The notes: generated from the sequence alone by a model not told the origin. 32,000 nucleotides of DNA from Candidatus Nanosynbacter lyticus (GCF_000803625.1 NZ_CP007496.1:450001-482000), one strand, 5' to 3'. Positions 23,521-31,880 are shown, counted from the first letter of the stretch. Program-made: numbers and translations.

Positions 23521-25854
23521 CTACTAACTCTAGAAAACGGTTATCATCATCTTAATATAGAGGCTATGAAGAGATTTTTTTAACTCTCCGATATAAATTA
23601 ATCAATTCATTGATATCCATATCAACAAGAGGTTCATACATAAAAGCATTAAGGTGTATATTTTCTGGGGTCATAATATTTACCTCATCAATCACTTTCA
23701 CAGTATCGTTACTGCACTTAGTCTGTTTAAATGCATCAGAGAGGCTCCTCGTTTGATTTTTCTGAGCCTCCAATTGATCAAGAAATTCTTGTGAAGAGCC
23801 GCTTTCTGACCCTTCACGACCCCAAGATATTTGACCGCTATATTCTTTTAACTTACGCTTCATATATTCTTCCGCTCTATGTCTAATTGCAATAGCCAGA
23901 ATGATTTTATATTCAAGTAAGGATTTTTCGATGGTTATTGTTTCAGCTTCTGTGTAAATTGCGTCGACTATTGGAGTGTCTGTATTGATATTTATAAAAT
24001 CACTCCTACCTAAGTGTCTCTCGTAGATGTCTTTAAGTGACTGAAATGTTATGTCAGATGTTTCTTCTTTATTATGTAACAATTTAGTTAACTCACCGTA
24101 ATCTGCATCGTCTTTCCCTTTAGTATATTCAATTAGATTGCGCACTGCGGGAATAAGCGCAATTACATGAGCGAGCGTCATATTGTCCTTCCAGTGGTCA
24201 ATTGGATTTCTCTGATAAAATTCTTTTCTCAATATAACCTCGCCATTGTTCAGCTCTGCGTGCAAATGAGCGTATCTAGGTAAGCCAAGTCGACTAGTAA
24301 TCGTTCTATAGAAATCAAAATTATGCGACAAGATAATGAGCTTAAAATTTTTGCAATTTGCCATTTCATATAAATATTCAACAATTGCATACTTATTTTT
24401 ATAGTCAAAAGAATCAGCAATATCATCAACTACTAGTAAAACTTCTTTGTCTGTTCCTGCTAAATCTTTCTTCATTTTCTCAATATCAAAAATAATATTT
24501 AGCAGATATAAGGATCTCTTCTCTCCTTGGCTTAGAGTGTCCTTGATTTCAAGCTCTCCTCTACTGATAGTTTGCTGCCGACCATCTCTAGTAAATACAA
24601 ACTCTACCTGTGGAATATTCTCACCCATAATAGCACTTGTTCCGTTGGCAATTTTCATTTTATACGGCACCGTAAATCGTTCTTCAAAAATTCTTAGCGC
24701 TTCTCCCCAGCGTGTCTTTTCTGGATCTATGCCACCAATCTCATGCCGAAGACTATTCCACTTATCTTTAAGGTTGCTAAACGTGGTATTATCTTTCATA
24801 TAAGATAGCCATAATTGCCTACGTAGATCTTTAAGCTTAGACTCCTTTAGATACTGCACTACATCAGGGTTATTCTCTATAACTCTTCTTAGTACACCAC
24901 CTTTAGCTGTTTTCAAATCTTTCTCTATATCAGTAAAGGCCTTGCTTTGCTTAATCTCTTGTTCAATTCCCTTTACTACATCACTAAAATCTTCAGTTGT
25001 ACGTATTTCTTCCTCGCCAAAAAGTTTTACAAGATTATCGTTTACGAAAAATCCATTATCTTTCAGTGATTTCTCGACATTTTTAAGTTCAGACAGACTA
25101 AAAATACCCTTCTTTAAAAAACCATGTCGTTCATAAATCTCATTACTAGTTTTACAGAATTCTTCAATATTTTCTTGAAACCCTTTTTTCTTAATATATC
25201 CCAGTGTAGTATTATCAAAAATATCCGAATATTTAATTTCCGAAAAATCAATTCCTATACGTCCCTGTATAAGTTCCAACCCCAGTAAGATACTGCCATC
25301 CAGATCAAAATCTTTTACGATCTTTGGCTCTAGCTCACGTACATTCACGCCTTGTATAACTTTTTTAATTTTAAGACCAGAAGCTTTTTCTAAATCTTTC
25401 AATAAGTCGCTTTTTAGCTTGATAACATCTGATATCTTTTCCTTTATAGATTCATCTACCAATAGATCGGCAAGATTACCTGACTGATAAGAGGCCTCAA
25501 AGCTTTTTATCACGAAAACATCTTCTTCTGAAATATCTTTTCCATCGATGGTTATTTTTGCTTCTCCTGGGATATCAAAAATCTCATCTCTAATTTCTTT
25601 TTGCTTTTTATCTTGTATCTTTTTGAAAGTCTTAGCAAATGATGTTTTCATTAAGCCATTTTTCGCATAAATGGCAATTACACTAGTGTCAGAGAAAGTA
25701 AATTCACTTTCCAACTTTTGAATCCCGTAGCAATTAACTAAATCACATTTTATTTTTTCCATTTTATCCCCTCATTTTATATCTTACTTCACTTTCTTGT
25801 TTTCTTTAATAAGATTCGTGGGGCAAGCCATATTTTCTTTTCCAAACTACTAAC
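23521..25854. other. AT-rich compositional island carrying a single gene
   Basis: Hand counts of 60-nt lines give 18/60 G+C at 24421-24480. The flanking genes give 36/60 at 22141-22200 and 32/60 at 26101-26160. The boundaries are approximate. Confidence 0.6.
23564..25762 (-). CDS. ABC/SMC-like ATPase of RloC/PrrC (AAA_13)-like architecture, putative stand-alone defence/abortive-infection protein
   Basis: The 732-aa ORF has a GAGGGG SD and a P-loop-like YAKNGLMKTS (aa 32-41). A K/E-rich helical insertion of about 250 aa follows. It also has the signature LSQGEK (aa 410-415), Walker B VLLVVDDIADSFD (aa 441-453), LSHN (aa 478-481) and a C-terminal domain of about 235 aa. Confidence 0.9.
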   Translation of the reverse strand: MEKIKCDLVNCYGIQKLESEFTFSDTSVIAIYAKNGLMKTSFAKTFKKIQDKKQKEIRDEIFDIPGEAKITIDGKDISEEDVFVIKSFEASYQSGNLADLLVDESIKEKISDVIKLKSDLLKDLEKASGLKIKKVIQGVNVRELEPKIVKDFDLDGSILLGLELIQGRIGIDFSEIKYSDIFDNTTLGYIKKKGFQENIEEFCKTSNEIYERHGFLKKGIFSLSELKNVEKSLKDNGFFVNDNLVKLFGEEEIRTTEDFSDVVKGIEQEIKQSKAFTDIEKDLKTAKGGVLRRVIENNPDVVQYLKESKLKDLRRQLWLSYMKDNTTFSNLKDKWNSLRHEIGGIDPEKTRWGEALRIFEERFTVPYKMKIANGTSAIMGENIPQVEFVFTRDGRQQTISRGELEIKDTLSQGEKRSLYLLNIIFDIEKMKKDLAGTDKEVLLVVDDIADSFDYKNKYAIVEYLYEMANCKNFKLIILSHNFDFYRTITSRLGLPRYAHLHAELNNGEVILRKEFYQRNPIDHWKDNMTLAHVIALIPAVRNLIEYTKGKDDADYGELTKLLHNKEETSDITFQSLKDIYERHLGRSDFININTDTPIVDAIYTEAETITIEKSLLEYKIILAIAIRHRAEEYMKRKLKEYSGQISWGREGSESGSSQEFLDQLEAQKNQTRSLSDAFKQTKCSNDTVKVIDEVNIMTPENIHLNAFMYEPLVDMDINELINLYRRVKKISS

Positions 25855-25910
25855 ATAAAGCAAACCCCGATAATCTATACCTCATTATAACCGCCAATCC
25901 ATTGTCGCCA

Positions 25911-27293
25911 TTAATTAAACCTCACCACAAACCGCATGCCCCGCCCATGCAGTGTGAAATCATAGTCCAGACCCTTGGCGTCGAGTAGCATTTTCACGAT
26001 GTAGAGGCCGATACCACTGCTGTCGGCATGTTGCTTCGCACCATTGCTCCGATAAAACGGATCAAAGATGTGCTGAAGTTGCTGTTTGGTGAGCGGTTTG
26101 CAAGCGTTTTCGATGGCCAGCTCATGCTGGTCGCATGTAATTTTTATCACGCTCCCCGCGTCGCCGTGGCGCACCGCGTTTGATACCAGGTTCGAGATGA
26201 CGTGGCGCATCATGTCGCGGTTGGCACGAATGGTCGTTGGTTCTGTATTAACCTCGAAAGTCATGCCGCACGTTTTTGCCAGCAACACATAATCGTCAAC
26301 TACCTCAGTGACCAGCTTGTCAATCCCCAGCCGCTTTTCCTGACGCAAAGCCTGCTCGGCGACACTGCCAGAACGCAAAACATCATTCACCATCGCCGCC
26401 AAGCGGTCAACCTGTGCCACTGATTCCGCCAGGTACTGATCGCGATTTTTATACTCGCCGATGTTGAGTTGCATGTTTTCCAGCATAATCCTGAGGGCCG
26501 CTAACGGCGTTTTCAACTCGTGCGAGGCCGCGCGGAGGAAGGCGATTTTTTCTTTCTCCAGCTGCGTGATCCGCTTATTTTCATACTCCAGCGAACGAAT
26601 TGTTTGCCATAGATTTTGATAGAGCTCATTAATATTTCGCCCCAGCACGCCAATCTCGTCATGACTATTCACTGGGTAATGCGCGTTCTTTTCCAGCCGC
26701 TGCATGGTCGTGGTCACCGCCGCCATCTGGCGAATCGGCCGCGTCACAAAACGGCTATAAACGTAAGAAAACAGCAGTGCCACCAGCAGCGAACCGAGCA
26801 TGGTATATGGCAATACGTGCAAGGTAGCGAGCTTGGCCTGAGTGACAGGCACCACGTCGGCGAGTAGCTTGACCGTAATCGTTTGGCCTTGGTTGTTCGC
26901 CACACTCCCCTGCCGCAAAATCACCGAGCGCGGATCGACAGTCTGCCCGTCAGCAATTTTCACCACACTGGTGTCAACCGATTTACCACTATCGGTCACG
27001 ATGTTGATCGACTGAAAACCTTGAAAATACTGATTACGTCCGTCAATTGTCAGCGTGATATTAACATTTTTCATCTGAGCAAACTCCTGGCTGAGACGGC
27101 GCATTTCCTCAGTCGATTTACCGCGTAGTTCAGCCACGAGCGCCGTGAGATTGTCCGCCGCCTCGTGCTCTTTTTGCTGCAAATAAAATTGCGGCATCAA
27201 GGTGTAGACCAGCGCATGCACCAGGATGATCAACGCCGCAAACAGGCCGATTGACACCAAAAATGTTTTGGGAAATAACTTAAGCCGCTTCAT
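25911..27293 (-). CDS. Sensor histidine kinase (two TM helices, periplasmic-type sensor domain, HAMP, HisKA, HATPase_c)
   Basis: The 460-aa ORF has the H-box SHELKTPL, the N-box LVSNAVRHG and the G-box SSGIGLYIV. Confidence 0.93.
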   Translation of the reverse strand: MKRLKLFPKTFLVSIGLFAALIILVHALVYTLMPQFYLQQKEHEAADNLTALVAELRGKSTEEMRRLSQEFAQMKNVNITLTIDGRNQYFQGFQSINIVTDSGKSVDTSVVKIADGQTVDPRSVILRQGSVANNQGQTITVKLLADVVPVTQAKLATLHVLPYTMLGSLLVALLFSYVYSRFVTRPIRQMAAVTTTMQRLEKNAHYPVNSHDEIGVLGRNINELYQNLWQTIRSLEYENKRITQLEKEKIAFLRAASHELKTPLAALRIMLENMQLNIGEYKNRDQYLAESVAQVDRLAAMVNDVLRSGSVAEQALRQEKRLGIDKLVTEVVDDYVLLAKTCGMTFEVNTEPTTIRANRDMMRHVISNLVSNAVRHGDAGSVIKITCDQHELAIENACKPLTKQQLQHIFDPFYRSNGAKQHADSSGIGLYIVKMLLDAKGLDYDFTLHGRGMRFVVRFN

Positions 27294-27930
27294 AGCGATA
27301 ACCCACTCCCTTCACCGTGATGATGCAGTCCAGGTGCAATTTTTTGCGCAAGTTTTTGATGTAAACGTCAATCACCCGGTCGAACGGCACCTCGTCATCA
27401 CACCACAACTTGTCAATGATAGCCTGCCGACTCCAGACCATGTTTGGGTTATCGACGAGTAGCTTGAGCAGCTGCACTTCCTTGGGCTTGAGATGTGCGT
27501 CAGCATCATCATAAAATCCCTGATACGCCGCGAAATCCACCGAGGCCAGACCGCGCTGCCACAAGGTCTTTTTGACAGACTGTTGGCGGCGAAGCAAGGC
27601 CCTAATTCGCTTCTCCAAAATCACCAGCGAAAACGGCTTACTCATATAATCATCCGCCAGCTCGTCAAAACTCGCAACTTGCGTCGGCTCATCATGCAAT
27701 GCCGTCAGCATCAGTACCGGCACGTCGCTGGTCTGGCGAATTTGGTGCAGCGTCTCGATACCACTCATCCCTGGTAGCATAATGTCGAGAATAATCACAT
27801 CTGCCCCAGTAGATTTCTCCAGTGCTTCCTCGCCACTGGTCGCTGTCACCACCGTAAAACCGCGCTGGCGGAGGAACTGCTCGGTGCCAGTGCGAACTGC
27901 CGGTTCGTCTTCAACAAGGAGGATGTTCAC
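27280..27930 (-). CDS. OmpR/PhoB-family response regulator
   Basis: The receiver domain has LLVEDEP, ILDIMLPGMSG and SKPF. A winged-helix C-terminus (VKGVGYRY) follows. The GTG start overlaps the hydrolase stop (GTGA). Confidence 0.93.
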   Translation of the reverse strand: MNILLVEDEPAVRTGTEQFLRQRGFTVVTATSGEEALEKSTGADVIILDIMLPGMSGIETLHQIRQTSDVPVLMLTALHDEPTQVASFDELADDYMSKPFSLVILEKRIRALLRRQQSVKKTLWQRGLASVDFAAYQGFYDDADAHLKPKEVQLLKLLVDNPNMVWSRQAIIDKLWCDDEVPFDRVIDVYIKNLRKKLHLDCIITVKGVGYRYEAA

Positions 27931-28886
27931 CGCTCGTACACCCGTACGTACATGTCGTACAATTCTTTTTTGTATTGCTTCACAGCCTTATCCCCTGGCC
28001 ATATCAATTCATGTCCAACTCCCATGTGTGCTGGCGTCGTCTCATTTGTAAACGTGGCACCACTGTTTTTGGCCATCTTTTCTGCAATATCACGCGCCAT
28101 GGCGCTGTCAATCAGACGGTCCTCGTTACCGATGATCAAACCAACGTGCTTCAACCCTACCGCCTTCAAATCACTGCGATAATTTTGCTTGACGATGACA
28201 TAATTTGCTAATGCCCGGTACGACAACGCGCCGTCAAAGAACTGGTCTGGCAGCAAATGCCTACCGTAAAGATTGCACAGTAGTGCCACTTGCCACTTTG
28301 GCACCTGAGAAGCGTCCGGCTCGTAGTACGGTGAGAGCAGCAGCACTCGCGAGAACAATCCATCACCATATTGTGCTAGCCACGTCGCCAACGTGCCACC
28401 GCCCGAATGACCAATCACACCCAGCTCATCGCCCAGCCCGCTGACCAGCCCAGCACTATCACTCATAAACTTCACCAATTCACTGGCGCGAACTTTGCCG
28501 TGCTGCTTGCCATCTTTCAGGCCATGGTGCGGTGCTCGCGGCACGTAGACATTGTATCCCGTCTGATAGAACCAATCCGCCAACTCTGCCATCGCCGACG
28601 GCTCACCGCTGACGCCATGAAGAATCATCACCGCCCGCGCAGTTTTCTTGCCGTGAGTTTTCAGAATTGGGCGAGATTCTGGACGCACCTCGCCATTAGC
28701 CGCATCATCAGCAATGACCTTTTGAATATCCTTTACTGATTGGTCATAATCACGCCGCTGAATGTGAGCTTTTTGCAGATTAGCACTACGACTTGGACAC
28801 AGAAAGACCCAAGCAACAGACATTGCAGCCAGTACCGCCACGACACCAACTATTGTTATCATCAGCGCTTTACCACGTACTGCCAT
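27927..28886 (-). CDS. Membrane-anchored alpha/beta hydrolase (esterase/lipase-like)
   Basis: The 319-aa ORF has an N-terminal TM helix, the nucleophile elbow GHSGGG and a GAGGAGG SD. Confidence 0.8.
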   Translation of the reverse strand: MAVRGKALMITIVGVVAVLAAMSVAWVFLCPSRSANLQKAHIQRRDYDQSVKDIQKVIADDAANGEVRPESRPILKTHGKKTARAVMILHGVSGEPSAMAELADWFYQTGYNVYVPRAPHHGLKDGKQHGKVRASELVKFMSDSAGLVSGLGDELGVIGHSGGGTLATWLAQYGDGLFSRVLLLSPYYEPDASQVPKWQVALLCNLYGRHLLPDQFFDGALSYRALANYVIVKQNYRSDLKAVGLKHVGLIIGNEDRLIDSAMARDIAEKMAKNSGATFTNETTPAHMGVGHELIWPGDKAVKQYKKELYDMYVRVYER

Positions 28887-28915
28887 GAGACCTCCTCATT
28901 CCAATCAACAGATTG

Positions 28916-29380
28916 TTAGTTTTCTTCCTGCGCTGCCAAAATCCGCGCCTGAATCTCGTCCAATTGAGCGTCATCCATTTTTGGACCATCAACAGTCGTT
29001 AGCCAACCCGGATATTCCGCATAAAATGCCTGCTCGTGCGATACTGCCGAGCCAATTCCCTTCGCCAAATCGCCATGCAGCGGCACCAACTTGGCATGCA
29101 CATGCGCCACGCCTGTGCCTTCAAAAATCAACGCCACTCGCGGTGTATCAAAGGCCTGCTCCAAAATATTAGCAACCTTTTTCACCGCCAGCATCATTTC
29201 AGAGTACAATTTATCATCCAAAGAAAAAACATAATCGCCTGGATTATGTTTCGGTATCACCACAGTAAAGCCTGGCGTGTTCGGAAACGGCGTCAAAAAC
29301 GCCAAAAACTTCTCGTCCTCCCAAACTTTCCAAGATTTCATATTGCCTGATACGATGTCGTCGAAAATTGTGTGATTCAT
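28916..29380 (-). CDS. HIT-family protein with variant triad (H-V-H-A-K)
   Basis: The 154-aa ORF has WEDEKFLAFLTPFPNTPGFTVVIPK and AHVHAKLVP where HxHxHxx is expected. It has an AAGGAGG SD. Confidence 0.8.
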   Translation of the reverse strand: MNHTIFDDIVSGNMKSWKVWEDEKFLAFLTPFPNTPGFTVVIPKHNPGDYVFSLDDKLYSEMMLAVKKVANILEQAFDTPRVALIFEGTGVAHVHAKLVPLHGDLAKGIGSAVSHEQAFYAEYPGWLTTVDGPKMDDAQLDEIQARILAAQEEN

Positions 29381-29389
29381 ACTCCTCCT

Positions 29390-30712
29390 TTATGCAAATA
29401 AATCGTTCAATGCCTCACTCACCGTTGGATGAGTGAATATTTGGTCACGCAGTACAGTATACGGCAGGCCATTATCCATTACAGTTTTTATAATATTAAT
29501 GACTTCTGGTGAGTTACGACACAATAAACTAGCACCCAAAATTTGTCCAGTGTTTGCATCAATCACCGCACGCAGCAAGCCTGTTGTAGCATTATCAACA
29601 TGCAGGCGTGGAATCGCCATAGCAGGCAGCTCTTTTACGATAATTTCGCGCCCCGTCGCACGCGCCTCAGCCTCTGTCATACCCACCCGACCTAGCGGCG
29701 TTTGCATAAAGACCGCGTACGGCAAGGTTTTTTGTTTGGCGCGAGTGTACAGACCGTCACCCAGCAACTGGCTTCTCACAATCCGAAAATCATCCAGCGA
29801 CGCATAGGTAAATTGTGGCCCGCCCGTTACATCGCCCATTGCCCAAATATGCGACCGACTAGTGCGAAGTGTTTCATCAACCACAATTGCCCCGCGCTTA
29901 TCCGTCGCTACACCAGCAGCTGGTAAATTCAAGCTCATCGTCGCCGGGCGACGGCCCGTAGCCATCAAAACCGCATCATAACCAGCGTAATCATCATGAT
30001 TTACTGTGCGAATCGTTGCAGTAGACTCACCCTCAATCGCTGTCACATCCACACTAAACACAATCTCGATACCCTGTGCCTGCAATGCTTCAGTAGTAGC
30101 CCGAGCGATTGCTGGATCTTCACGTGCAAGCAGAGCATCGCCCCTCTCAAATACTGTTACTTTTGTACCAAGTTTGGCATAAGTTGAGGCAAATTCTAAC
30201 CCAATATAACCGCCACCAATGATAGCTAGCTGTTTTGGCTGCGTCATTTTATCCAGCAATTCAGTACTGGTATATACAAACGGCTTATCAACACCTGGAA
30301 TATCTGGGATAATTGATTCCGCACCGGTGTTAATAAAAATCTGCGGTGCACTCACTACTAGCTCGTCGTCACCCGCCACAATCTTCACAGTACGATCATC
30401 TACAAACGATGCCTCACCTTCAATTACGCTCACCGTTTCACGATCTGCGAGCATGTGATAGTTCTTCTCATTCAACCGCGTCACTACCGTTGTCTTATGT
30501 GCCATCGCCTCATCAAAACTTTGATGATGTTCGGCTGCATTGACTAGCACCTTAGTAGGAATACAAGCAATATTAATACAGGTGCCGCCATACATCTTTG
30601 GCGACCGCTCCACCAGCGCTACCTTTTTGCCCGCATTTGCCAGCGCTACCGCCAATGTCTTGCCAGCTTTGCCAAAACCAATAATAAGTGCGTCAAATTG
30701 TTGTGTATCCAT
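29390..30712 (-). CDS. rclA: Class I pyridine nucleotide-disulfide oxidoreductase, RclA/YkgC-like
   Basis: The 440-aa ORF has IIGFGKAGKTLAV, the redox CxxxxC in GGTCINIACIPTK, IWAMGDVTGGPQFTY and LRDQIFTHPTVSEALNDLF. By my recollection it closely resembles E. coli RclA. It has an AGGAGGAGG SD. Confidence 0.75.
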   Translation of the reverse strand: MDTQQFDALIIGFGKAGKTLAVALANAGKKVALVERSPKMYGGTCINIACIPTKVLVNAAEHHQSFDEAMAHKTTVVTRLNEKNYHMLADRETVSVIEGEASFVDDRTVKIVAGDDELVVSAPQIFINTGAESIIPDIPGVDKPFVYTSTELLDKMTQPKQLAIIGGGYIGLEFASTYAKLGTKVTVFERGDALLAREDPAIARATTEALQAQGIEIVFSVDVTAIEGESTATIRTVNHDDYAGYDAVLMATGRRPATMSLNLPAAGVATDKRGAIVVDETLRTSRSHIWAMGDVTGGPQFTYASLDDFRIVRSQLLGDGLYTRAKQKTLPYAVFMQTPLGRVGMTEAEARATGREIIVKELPAMAIPRLHVDNATTGLLRAVIDANTGQILGASLLCRNSPEVINIIKTVMDNGLPYTVLRDQIFTHPTVSEALNDLFA

Positions 30713-30835
30713 TTACCTCCTCCTATCTTTTTTAGCGATCTCTCTCGCTGTAACAATTTCTCTATCGGCATACAGAACTGCTTCTTTTATCACAAGTTTT
30801 TGAGATACTACTATTATCGTGTGCGCAATAGCTCC

Positions 30836-31879
30836 TTAAAACTGCTCCAAAAAATCCAACTTACCGCTCTCAAAATGCCGCACGTCCTCGATGCCGTATT
30901 TCATCATTACCAGCCGGTCAATGCCGCAGCCAAAGGCAAAGCCAGTATACTTATTCGGATCGATGTCGGCAGCCTCCAGCACATTCGGATGTATCATGCC
31001 GCAGCCCAGTAGTTCTATCCAGCCCTCGCCCGAACAAACTTTACAGTCCGGATTTTTGCCTTCACAAAACGGACAGCTCAGCGCGAACTCAAAGCTCGGC
31101 TCAGTGAACGGGAAGTAAAATGGATTGACGCGCACATCCAATTTCTTGCCGTAATATTCCTGCAAAAACTCCTGCAAGGTGGCGATCAGATTACCGACAT
31201 TAACTCCCTTGGCGACATATACGCCCTCAACTTGATAGAACGTGTGCTCGTGGCGCGCGTCCAGATCTTCGTTACGGAACACCCGGTCGGGCACGATGGC
31301 GGCGATTGCCTCGCCCTTCGCCAAATTACCATGATATTTTTTCAACACACGGTTTTGCATGGTTGAGGTGTGCGCCGGCGCGATTAAGCGGTCGCCGTTA
31401 GCGTCAGTCTCCTCGGTCATGAACGTATCATAATCATCGCGCGCCGGGTGGCCTTTTGGAAAATTCAAGCTTTCAAACATGTGGAATTGATCATCAATCT
31501 CGCGCGACTCTTCCGTCACAAAGCCCATGCGATTGAAAATGTCAGAAATGCGGTCAATTTCACGCATCAATGGATGAATCGTACCGCGCTCACTCGGCAG
31601 TAATTCAGGGCGCGGAGCATTGACATCCATCGGTGCCGTCACGTCAATTGGCGGCAAGTCAACTTTTGACAGCTCATCCTCGCGAGCCGTAATCGCCCGC
31701 TCCAACTCCTGTTTCAATTCATTAACCTTTTTACCAAACGCCCCGCGCTCTTCACTAGGCAACGTCGCGATAACGCCATATAGTTCCCGCAGCTCCGCAC
31801 TGCGCAGGACACTGCGAGGTTCAGCCAGCTCATCTACTCGTGATAATAATATTGTTCGAACTTCATCCAACTTTTCCAT
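30836..31879 (-). CDS. pheS: Phenylalanine--tRNA ligase alpha subunit
   Basis: The 347-aa ORF has class II motifs, including FPFTEPSFEF and GCGMIHPNVL. Confidence 0.96.
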   Translation of the reverse strand: MEKLDEVRTILLSRVDELAEPRSVLRSAELRELYGVIATLPSEERGAFGKKVNELKQELERAITAREDELSKVDLPPIDVTAPMDVNAPRPELLPSERGTIHPLMREIDRISDIFNRMGFVTEESREIDDQFHMFESLNFPKGHPARDDYDTFMTEETDANGDRLIAPAHTSTMQNRVLKKYHGNLAKGEAIAAIVPDRVFRNEDLDARHEHTFYQVEGVYVAKGVNVGNLIATLQEFLQEYYGKKLDVRVNPFYFPFTEPSFEFALSCPFCEGKNPDCKVCSGEGWIELLGCGMIHPNVLEAADIDPNKYTGFAFGCGIDRLVMMKYGIEDVRHFESGKLDFLEQF

Positions 31880-31880
31880 A

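Noticed and set aside
23521-25854. 8-bp direct repeat CTACTAAC at both edges of the AT-rich island (23521-23528 and 25847-25854) as a target-site duplication
   Set aside because: An 8-mer shared between two flanks of about 130-150 nt is expected by chance at roughly 0.3 occurrences. There are no terminal inverted repeats or recombinase genes. I noted it but do not treat it as evidence of a mobile element.
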